The notes below the pieces were generated by a model. The model made no database searches. It saw nothing but the letters and a program-made list of their open reading frames with translations, and was not told the origin of the DNA. From assembly GCA_009929275.1 (NCBI GenBank), contig SAAW01000002.1, positions 3,171 through 67,170 of the forward strand: DNA of 64,000 nt, in the 5' to 3' direction. The DNA comes from Clostridia bacterium. GTDB taxonomy: Bacteria > Bacillota > Clostridia > Christensenellales > UBA1242. The position numbers and the translations under genes are program-made. Below are positions 38,801-50,800 of the stretch, one piece after another. Position 1 is the stretch's first letter, and the number at the start of each line of letters is the position of its first letter.

Positions 38801-41800
38801 TTGTAGGAAGCGGTTGGGGTGTCATAAGAAGTCATAGCAAAATAGCTTGTGTTCCCACTTGAAGCCGAGCCTCTTAAATAATAATTCCTCAAATATATGT
38901 TTTGAGTTTCATCTGCTTCGTTTATATACCCCGTGTATATATAATTATCAACAGCAACAATTGCTCCCAAAGCATTCTTCGATTCGTTGATAGATTGAAT
39001 GATAATCTCTCCGATATTGAGGCATTTTGAGATGCTAAGAGTATTACTTTCGTTTTCACTTTTGGCTCTACCCACGATGCCCCCCACAAAAATGTTGCTT
39101 GTGCTGTCTGTGGTGATATTGCCTGAATTGTAGCAGTCTGAAACAGAGAGAGAAGAAACAAGGTCAAAAATCCCAACCACTCCACCAATGGTTAAAGTTG
39201 TTGTTGAGTCGCTTGAAGATATTGTTATGTCGCTCACGTTATATGACTGAGGAACACTGCGAGCAGTCTTTGCAACGACTCCCGCCACCGCAATCTCAGC
39301 CAAAGTTGCCCTCTTACAATTAAAGTCAATCTCACCGCCACTGCTTGCAAGCGTAATTTCCTTAAAGGAAAGCCCAACAACACCACCCACATAACAATAG
39401 GCACTTAAAATGTTGGTGTCTTTATAAGAATTTTCGTATGAAATTGTGAAAGATGCGTCGTTTTTAAAGTTTGAGATGGACGTTTCACTTGTGGACTCAT
39501 CTTGAACAAAACCTACTGCTCCACCCACATAAACTTCGTGAGCATTTGTTGCGAGAGTAATGTTGCCATAATTTGAATTTTCCCCACTGAAATTTGTGAG
39601 ACTGCACATTCCCACAAGTCCGCCCACAAACACAGAAACTATGTTTGAACTCAAAGATGTGTAGTTTGTCAGGCGATTTGTGAGAGAAAGTTTTCCATAA
39701 TTTTTATTGTTTGTTAAAGTTGTCAATTTCAAACTTACATTGTTTAATATGTCTTCATCTGTAAGCAGATTAAGTCTGCCCACAATGCCACCCATAAAGA
39801 GTTTTGGGTCTGAAGAAGTTTGTTTGTTCACCACTTTGATTTCGCCATAGTTTTTGGAGTTTATTATGCTAGACACCTCGCCAACTGCAAGAGAATAGTT
39901 CGCTCCCACGATGCCACCAGCACTTTCCTTTCCAATGACTGTGTTTCTATTCTCAACGTTTGAAATGGTCGAATTTATCGCCATTCCTGCAATTCCACCA
40001 GCATTTTCACCATTAAACTCACCGCCAATGACAATGAAATTTTGAAGAGTTGCATTTTCTACTTTTCCAAACAAACCTGCATATTTTGGAAGAGTGCTTG
40101 GGAATGTGTTTGTCGAGGAATAGAGTGATTTTTCATTCACAGAAGCATATTTAATTGAAAAGAGTGAAGTTGAATTCGTGCCTTTGAAAGTGCCTCTGAA
40201 AGGCGTTTCGTCTGTGCCAATAGGCACCCAATATTTTCCACTTAGGTCGATATCTTTTATTAAAAGAACTTCAAGTCCCTGATAATCTTGCCCTAAAACA
40301 TTCACGCTATATGCCAAAGCAGCCAAATCCTCAGCGGAATCTATTGTTAATATTATCTCATTTGTGCCGACAAATGGAGTTATGAAACTGCTCCAAACAT
40401 AAATGTCGGCAAGTTCTTCGTTTCTTGGGAATTTCCCGTCAACGAAATATGTTGAAGAAAAGAAATTGTTGTCAAAACTCCAATATCCATTTTCAAAAGC
40501 GTGATAGATAACTTTTTTTGATGACACATTCAAAGAATATGTCGTCGTTGGATTCGCAATTGTGCTTGTTAAGTTGACAAAAATGTCAAAAGCGCTGGAG
40601 GAAGAATTTGGGACATTTTCACACAAATAGAAGACAGTCAAACTCTCAACATAGAACCATTTGGTCGAACCCGACATATATGATTTAACGACGAAAGATA
40701 AACTTGAAATTATTCTGCTGTCTGGCAAGGTCAAATTAATGCCTGAAAATTTGTATTCAATGCTTGTGAAAGTTTCTTCAACTTCAAGGTTTGAGTCCAC
40801 TTCTTCCAAAGTCGCATTTTGAAGTGGAATTGTTATGCCATTAAGCGAGATTGTCGTCTGAGCCTTAAAATCAGTTAAGGTGTTGAAAGAATAGCCGTCA
40901 TCACCTCTTCTGATTGTTGCGTCCGTTCCAAAAAATACAATCTTGTTTGTTTCTGTTAAATATTGTGTGGAATATTCAAAGTCTGCAATGACAGGAGTGG
41001 AAACATAATAGAACATCTCATTAGCATTTCCCTGAATAATTGAAATAAACGACGCTTCTGTGCTTATGGCAACATAAGTGTCAACGCCCTCATTGTTTGT
41101 TATTTTTTGATAGAATTTTCCAAAGTGATTTTTATACCACGAAAAAGTCCTATCCACAGTTGGTGCTGTCCACTCACTGCCTATTTCCGAGAAGAATTGG
41201 CTGTCATTCGTGAGGGTTGTTGGGTTTGAAGACGAAATTGTGTATATCTTTGTCATATACATATCGCCCTGTGATGAAGAACTCGCTAAAGTGTTTGTGT
41301 CTGTCCTAATCCTATAAAGTGTGTTTGACATATTCACTTCATTATAAAAAGAAGTTGTTGCATATGGGAAAACACTTTGAATACCATTTTCATCATACAA
41401 AGTTATTGGGTCAACTGTTAACGCTGAATTATAGGAATCAAAAGTTTTTGAAATAAAAACAGGGACGAGATATTCACTAACAAATGTAGTACTTTGATTG
41501 TAGAGAGTGTTTGAATAGAAATTGCTAGAAGAAAATTTAACAAATTCATTCATTCTGGCAACCACATCTTGTCCTCCAGTAACGCAAGAAACTAAGCCAA
41601 TAAATCCACCCACACTGCCCACACTGTCTAAGATTGACTTGTAATATGTATAGTCATTGATTAACCAGTTTGTCGCCGACACGCAGTCTTTAATCACAGT
41701 GACAAATTCATTTTCTTCCAGCACAGAATTTGCAAGGAAATCTGTATAAGTTTGTTTTGTTGTCTGCGTTGCTAAATTTTGTACTTTAATAATTGCATTT

Positions 41801-44800
41801 GCGTTATATCCACCTTCATTCACAATGGTGCTAAGGTCATTAAGTGTTCCGATAAGTCCGCCCATAATGCTTTTTGCGACGACAGAGCCTCCTGCCACGA
41901 CATTTTCAAGAGTTCCTTCAAGCATTCTTCCAACTGCTCCGCCTGCGATTAAAGCACGCTTGTTCCTCACATTAATTGAGCAAAGGCTGTTGCTTATTGT
42001 TCCGCCATTATTGATGCCAACAAGTCCGCCAATGGCAATTGTGACATTCCTTGAACTATTATAGAAAAAGTTGTGTTCCGTTTTTTCAGAATAACCAACA
42101 TAGACGGTTGATTCATCTTCTTGCTCATAGACAATGGAAGAACTGATTATTGTTCCCCTGTTTTCTCCCACAAGTCCGCCTGCATAGGCAATGGCTTTAA
42201 TATAAGAAGATTTATTATAAGCCACAGTTGTGTTCACATAGTTGACAATAGCATCTTTACCCACCAAACCAAACGCAGAGCCAACAATTGTTCCTAAATA
42301 GGAATTGTTTCCAACTACGATAATGTTTGTTGCGTTATAATTCTTTTGAGTTGAAGCGTCAATGACAGTTGCGACGTCAAAAATGCCCACCACTCCGCCA
42401 GCGTAGGAAACATAATCAACCGTATCATAGGCTGTGTAGAGAATCTCAAATGTTATGGTATTTGAGATCTCAAATGTTGCATTTACGCTTACATCACAAG
42501 TAATATCTTTAATAATCACCTTGCCTGTGGCAATGCCAACAAGTCCGCCAACAGCGTTTTTGCCATAGATATATCCGGAGTTTGTATTTAATCCAGCAAC
42601 ACTGATGTTGTTTAAGAAAATCTTTTGATTTGAATTTTGACTCTCGACAACAACTTCTTCTCCAGTTGTCCCATCTGTGACGGTATAGGTGGAAGGTCCA
42701 ATTCTGCCTGCCAAAGCCCCCACAAATTTGTGAGCATTCGAGAGGACTTGGTCCACTTGAAGATTAAGATTTGAAATGACGGTGTCAAAAGTTTCGCCAC
42801 TGCTTAATTTTTCGTCTGCCACAGTTGTTATTGATGCAAAAAGTCCAAAACTGGTTGTGTCGAAGCCTTCCACGATATTGCTGTTTAGATAAGAAAGAGA
42901 GATGTTTTCTATCGTCATATAGTTGCCTTGCAAAACACCTTGGAATGACGAGTGAACTGTGGAGACAAAACTTTTGTTAAGATCAACATCTTTAACAATT
43001 CTATAAAATTTTTGAGATGTGTCTTTGCTTAAAAGATTGCTAAAAGTGCTGTAATCATAGATTAAATATGGGTTTGTGCGTGTGCCTTGAATGTCGCAGA
43101 CGCCTGAAACATTTGAAGTGTAACTATAACTGGCATTTTCAAGCACTTTGTATGTTATCTCAACAATTTCGCCATTTCCGTTATAAGTGATGACAATAGT
43201 GTCGTTTGCACGGAAGTTTTCGTCGCTTGTAACACTTTGCTCATCTTGCGTTTCAACGTCAAGGATTTGCTTTTCTTCATCGCCAATTTCTGCACAGATA
43301 AGAGTCGCGTTTTCTGTTCCCTGTGAAATATCATAATATATGTTCATTTTTTCAAGGTTGCCCCTTTTTGCGAACTCATAAGTTAAAGTCTTTAAAGTAG
43401 TGTCTATGGTGATGGAATAAATCTCATATGAAGTTAAGTTCATAACGTCAACTCCATAGTATATTGTTTTTGTCTTACTATTTGAAATTTGATTGTTAGT
43501 CCCTGCTGTGACTGTTTGACTTGTGATGTCAAAATAACTGTATGTAGAGGAATAATTTTTTGTTTTTCCTATATATTCTTTTTCACTCACGGTGTTTATT
43601 AAAGTGTTAACAAGAACAGGTTTTCCTTCGATGATAACCCAAGTGTAGCCGTCGACATAATTATATGTGTGGACTTTCGACAAAGTCGAATCGATATATT
43701 CAGAAGTTGAATAGACAAGTGACAAATCATAGTTTGTGAAACTGGTGTGTGTGGCAAAATTGTCAAAACTGAGTGCCACTGCCTTTTTTGTGGCTGGCGT
43801 TTGCGATAAATTAGTGCTGTTTTGAATATAAAATCCCGTTTCTCTCCATGTTTCCGAACTTGTGAGATAGAAGCAATTGTTAAGTATTCCCTTCACTTCA
43901 ATCCTTGGCTCAAATGAAGAAGAAAGTGGGCCTGCAAATGGGAAAGCCGTGGTGTTATTGTCATCTGGATTTTTATAACTTATTGAATAACATCTTGAGA
44001 TGACGCTACTTTCAGTGTCGACAAAGAAAAAACCTGCCATAGAACTGGAAGAAGATGTTTTGATGTTGGAATAACAATCGCTTATCTCTCCCTCGTTTTT
44101 GTAGATAAATCCTCCAATGTCTCCGCCATAGGAAGCAAGTCCGTCGCCCGTGTTTCTGATGTCTCTGTCGGAATCACTCCTAACACCTTGCGAGAAACAT
44201 TCAAAAATTTCCCCTGAAGATGAGTTCGAATAAGCAAACCCGCCCAAATTGTCGCTTGATAAGTTGCTGATTGAACTCTCATCAAAATATGAAGCCACGA
44301 TTTTTCCCAAATTGTTACACACAAATCCGCCTGTTTGTCCATAGCAAATTAGAGAGAAATTTTGAACTTTTGAGTTTGTGATATATCCCGTGGAAGAATT
44401 TGTGGTGACAAGTCCACCATTTTTCTCGGTCTCGACGGTGTTTGCATTTTCGCCCGTCAAGTCCACGTCCAAACTGATGCTGACGCCACCTTTCACTACA
44501 CAATTGGACAAAACTCCATTGTTAACGCAGGCTATTCCTCCGAATATAACTGCTTGAGTTTGATAGAAACTAATTTGAAGGGGGATTGAACTTGGAATAA
44601 TTTCTCCGTCGACTGTCTGAATTTTATTTGTGTAATGCACAGTTGTATTAATGATTAAACTATCATTTGAGACATCAGAGAAAAGTCCAAGGTTGCAAGA
44701 CGAAGTGGTGTTTGATGAATAACTGAAACTTGTGATATAAATTTTGTGATTATTTCCGTCAAAAGACGAGAAAGTTGCAGAAAAAGGAGTGTAGTTTGAG

Positions 44801-47800
44801 AGTTCAATGTCATTTACAAGTCGATAATCCTTTCCCTCTTCCATATTCATAAAATCCTCTGCATTTGAGATTGGAATGTAATTGATGAGGTCTGTTTTAA
44901 AGACAAAAGTCAAATTGAAATTATTTGTGAAACTAAAAGTGTGTTTATAACTTGTTGACACGTCACTGTTGTAGTTTTCAACATTTGGCATTCCTGTGCC
45001 AACCGATGATGTGACATAATAAGATAGTTTTACATTATATCTTAAAGAAGATGGCTTGTTCACTCTAAGCCCAACAACAGCAAAGAGATTTTTATAATTC
45101 TCCACTCGGAAAATATCATCATTATAGGTTGTGTCAGCCGTCAAATATGTTTGAATGTCACTGTCCGAAACATATGAGAAAACACCTGAAATTGAAGAGG
45201 AAGAAGTGTTATATGTTGCTTTTGCAATTTTCTCCTTCAAATTTGTTATATAGTTTTGGAAATATTCCTCAACTTCATATCCCGATGCGTTAATGTTTTG
45301 ATAGAGTTTATCATTTGAATTACTCGAATTATTTTGATACCACAAAGAATACCAGTTGTCTGTGCTTGACGTGATAGAACTGTCAAATTGTGCTTCAACA
45401 TTCACTTTGAGTGGAATTGTTGTCGAAGTTTGAAGTGTTAGAGTGCCGTCCAAAGCATCTTGAACTTCAATGTTTGTCACAGTAAAAAGAGTTATTACAA
45501 AATTCAAAGTGTAGTTATAGACATTTTGCCCGTCGTCGACTTGTGCAGTGAGAACAAATTCGTTTCCAATGATATATGGGTCATGCACATCATCGCCGTC
45601 GCCTTTATATATTAGAGTTGTCAAATAATATTTACCATTTTTATAAACAGGCAAAAGTGTTTCTTCCACAGCGGTCGTCAGTTCATAGTTTGTCACATTT
45701 TCAATCAAAAAGTTCACTTTGCCAGAAAAATTGACAAGGCTAACATCTAGTTCGTTTGAAGTGTTGTATGGCAAGTAATATTTGCCGTCACTTCCCTTTA
45801 AACTGTTATCAAAAGCAAGTTCAATCACAGGTTGAGCGAGAGAAATTACCGATATTTGATTTGTGCTGATGATTTCGCCAGCGGAATTTAAAACATTCAC
45901 AGTCACCAAAAATTGCGAACCATTAAGCGTTTCACTGCCCACAATTAGAGAAAAGAAGTAAGACTTGCTATATGAATATTTGTTCCCTGTGTTAATTTTA
46001 TACGTGTCTTGTCCGCTTATTTTTTGAACAACTAAAGAGCCGTCGCTTTGCAAAATTGCTCCCGAATCATTATATGAATTCCATTTGTCACCATATGACG
46101 CCGACGCATCATAACTTATCTGCATAATTGAAAGCGAGGAAGATGATGAAGTGGTGTATGAAAGTTGCAGTGTGGAAAATTTGGCGAAATATGGATAGAC
46201 TTCCACGGAGAGAAGACCAGTTACACCATTATAAATAAAGTTGTTGCTATTTGATTCCTGTGGAAAATCGTCTAATTCATCATAAACTGACAATCCAACA
46301 CTATCCAAAGCAGAAAAACTTGTGATGACAAGGCTAAGAGTCTTTGTGAGAGAAGTGTTTGAAGACGCCCAAAAAAGCAGAGAAAAGTTTATGTTGCCGT
46401 CAATTGCATGTGTTTTGTCTTTATACCAAATGGTGTAGGTCATTGAAATGCTTTGCACATTTTCAACACTTGGATAGTAACTATATCCACTGCCTGTGAA
46501 ACCAAAATATTCGTTTTCAAGTTGAATTTGCTCGAAGTTGTTCATAACAAAATCGTCGGTATAATCAGTGAAAATTGTCACATCAATCACAGCCACCTGC
46601 AATTGATTTATTTCAATTTTACTTATATTTTTTTCAAACACCAAGTTTGTGGCACCTTTAACAATTGCAAGCGTAAACTCGCCAGAAAATTCATTAAAGA
46701 AAATCTTTGAAATAGACAAGTTAAAAGTTGGAGTTATATATGGAATAAAAGAAATTCTTAGGCTCTTATTTTCTGGCATTGCTTCAATTGGATTGATTGA
46801 AAAAAGCCCATTTGGGTCGATATCAACATAGTAGCATCTTTGCTCTATGTTATATTGCCAACTTTTGTTTCCCATAAAGAAAAGGCTATTAATTGAGTCT
46901 GTTTGCTCGCTTGGGTCGCCACTTAAAAGTTGAAAATCTTCCTCTGTCACAACAAAACGAATGCCAATATTCTTCGAACTTGTAAGATTAATTGTTTCAT
47001 TTGAAGCCAAAGTGAAATCATAAGACGTTTCGATATGAATTTTTTGAGTGCTGGATTTTAAAAGTTCAATCTCTGCCCCGTCCAGCGAAGAGGTTAAGCC
47101 AACATTGGCATAAACATCTATATTTGAAATTCCTAAAATGACACACACATAAATTTCTTTATAAAACTTTGAGTTTAGTTTTGAACTAAATCTAATTATT
47201 GCAGTTCCCTCTCCCTCAATGGTCATCACTCCATTGCTATCAAAAGAAACCACACTGCTCTTTGACGAAGACACATTAATCCTCGAAGTTTTGCTTGTCT
47301 GAGGATAGACAACAATGTCAAGAAGGTCGTCTAAATTTATCTTATTTAAAGAAGAAATGTCACTTGAATTATACTTTCCATTTTTATCACTATTTAAGAA
47401 AATGACAAGACTGTCCTCATCAAATTTAATATATCCGTCTAGGGTAACTGAAACATTATCTTTCACAATGACGACGACATTAATGGAAGACGAAGCAAAC
47501 AAAGCCTGTTGAATGCCCGTTCCTACCTCCAAAATTTGCAAATATGGAAGCCCTGAATTAATGTTTTTTGTGGCGTCAATGTTCCACATATCTGCATAAC
47601 TTCCGGCATTGAAAATTGAGATTATGCTTTCTTCACTTGAAATGCCAACATCGCTGTTAAGACAACTATATTTTCTTAAAGCATTTCTGACATCATAGAC
47701 GCAAGAGTATGAAAAACCACTTACTAATCCTTCAAACCCAAGTTTATAAAGTCCATTTGTTGTGACATACAAAGATCCAATTGCAAAAGCATTTGTCACA

Positions 47801-50800
47801 GTGCAATTTATGTCTGTTTGATAAACAAAAAGCGAAGCATTTGACAGTGCTTTGAGGTTAAGGTTCGTTGCACAATTATAAATGTCCGTGTCTTCAAAAA
47901 GCCCGATAAGACCCGCCACTTGAGAGTTCCCCACAACGTCATAATTGCTGTTTAGTTGAGTGTTAGTCAAAACAGATGAGCAGTCAAAATAACTGATAAA
48001 ATAGCAATAACTTATGTTTGAAAATTTTGCATAGCCAATCAAACCACCCACATTATCATGAGCAGTCAAAAGAGTCCGTGTGGAATTGTTTGAGGAATAA
48101 TTTTCAGCACTAACATTATAGATATAGACCATACTTTCAGCACTGTCCCCAACAATATTTCCAATCGCACCGCCAACATTATCATTTGCAGTTATAACAA
48201 TGATTGAATAAGAATTGCTCAATGAATAGAAAGTTTGATGAGTTGTCGTCCCCCCCACAGAGACTTCTTTTTCACCGTTAAAGTCTTCGTTATATGTTTG
48301 AATTCCCACAATGCCACCCACATTGTTGCAATTTGTGGCAATAATCTTGCCTTGGACAGAAACGTTAGAAATATTGCCAGAATTTAAACCTGCCACTCCG
48401 CCAATGCTTGATGAAGTTATGGCAAAAGCAGTGCTGTTTATTATGTTCATAACAAGTGAAGAATCAAAACCAGCATCATTAAAAGTGTAGTTCACAGTCT
48501 CATTCATACTATATTTTCCACTCAAAATACCATAATTTTCACCCACCATTCCACCAATATTATATATATAATCAATACTGGAAAGAGTGATGTTGACGCT
48601 TCCTTTCACCCCTGAAAGATTATTTTCACTTTGAAATATTGTGCCATAATTCTTGCCCACAAGTCCGCCAAAAGTGAAAGTTTTGTCTATTCCAAAATAT
48701 ACATTAGAAAAAGTCACTTTAACATTATCAACCATTCCATAGTTGACTGCAACAACTCCTCCAAAAGTAAAAGACTCCAAGTCCTGAGCAAAAGAAGGCT
48801 GGAATGAAGAATATTTCACGCTCAAATTTTCAATCTTTCCATTTTTGCCAAGTTTGGCAATCACACCAAATGAGTTTGCAGAAGTGTTTTCTGTGTAGGT
48901 TAAGTTTGTTATGCCGTAGTAGTTTGTTCCAATAATCTCATTTTCAATGCCTGTCACCACATATTTCCCCGAAAGAGTGCCATGAAAGCCCGTCCTATAA
49001 TATGTCTCATTTTGCAACTCTTCAGACATATCTGCCAAAGTGTAGACTCCATTAGAAAAAAGATAATAATCGTCATCTGCGAGTTCCCCACTCACATCTG
49101 CTGGATAATAATTTGAGCCCAGAGTTTCCCAATTTCCAACCAAGAAAGCGGATATATCTTTTGTTAAAATATAGTTCTTTGTGCTTGACTCTTCACTGTC
49201 ACAAATGTGCTTTAATTCTTCCAAAGTTGAAACATAATAAGGCGTGTTAACACCGTCCGACACTGCAATTTTGAAAATTAAAGTGCCAGACCAAATGGAC
49301 AAAACTTCTGTTAAGTTTGATTTTATTCTCACAAAATAACTTTCATTTTCGTCAAATTCTTCAGCAATAACATATTCGCCTTCGTCTAAAACATAATACA
49401 TTCCCTGTGCAAAAGTGTCACTTGAAAGTGAAACGGAAAGGTATGAAAAAGAATTTATAATATCATTCATAAGACTTGAAAGGACTTTGTCTTGTGGAAG
49501 AACTAAGACATAAGCAGTGGATAAACGAGAGGAATTAACTTTTACACTCATATTATATTGCGCCTCAATTCCCGTGTTTATATGCACATTTACAAGCCCA
49601 AAAGTTTGCTCTGGCAAAGCAAAATACTTTGTGCCATTCACTTCAATTTCATTAAGGACAAGATATAGAACATTTTTATTATATGAACTGCTATCTATCA
49701 ATCTTAATGTTATGTTTTGCTCGCTTGTTAGTCCCTTTTTAAAATTTAATTCATAATTATTTTCGCTAACAGCGTCATAATCCACTGAAATTGATGATGA
49801 CATCACGGCTTTTATAACAGAGATGCTTTTGTCACGGGACAAATAATAGTCTAATTCCTTGATTAATGCGTTGATAACAATCGTTTTAACATTTGAAAAA
49901 TTATAGTCTTTGTTAAGTTTAAACCAAAAATAACCGTCCCAAGCCGTGCTTGAAAGAAGAATTACCGCACTTGTTGAAGCAGAATAACTGCTTGTTAATA
50001 TGCCGGAGGAAGAATAATATTCACTGTCTTTCACTCCGTTAATCATAAATGAAAGTCTTCCATTTTCCAAAAAGGAAAATGAAGGTGTTCCGCTGTCTTT
50101 TGAAAATGCATTCACCGACACTCCAAAAATGCTGTCATCATTTGTCGGCACAGCGTTTGTTAACTCCATATCTTCAATATCTTGGATTTGTTTCTGAAAA
50201 CTGAGAGTGTTTGGGTCATAGATTGTCGTCACTGGGAGATTTATGGACATCGTCTCCACACACACATAATTTGAGAGAGTAAATTCGCAAACTTTTTCGA
50301 CTCCGTTTATATTTGTGAGAGTAATCCTAATTGTGTATGTCCAGTTTGATGCTTGAGTGTTTAAGAAAATAAAAGTCTTGTTCACAAGGTCAATCCTAAA
50401 ATTGCTTGTGTCATCAATGATCCCATTTGCATTTCCTGTGACAACGCCGTTTATATCTTTTGAATATGTTCCGACTTGCGTTGTGGAATTTCCGTTATTT
50501 CTCGAAACTACATATGAGATGGAATATTGAGTCACTTTGCTTGGCAAAATAGTGACATTATATGCAATATTTCTATTGTTTTTGACAGTAGCATCTAAAA
50601 GGTTGCCGTCCGTCGCAAGTTCAAATCTCCCGACTCCCTTTTCAACAGAATAGTCTGGCAAACTTATCACCATGCTTGTTATAGGCTTATAAACATTCAC
50701 TTTCAAAAGGTATTTTTCAGTTATATTTGAGGCAGAAATTTGAATGTAAGTTGTGCCAATACTTTTTGTTTCAATTAAAAATTTATTGTCATCTGCTTGT

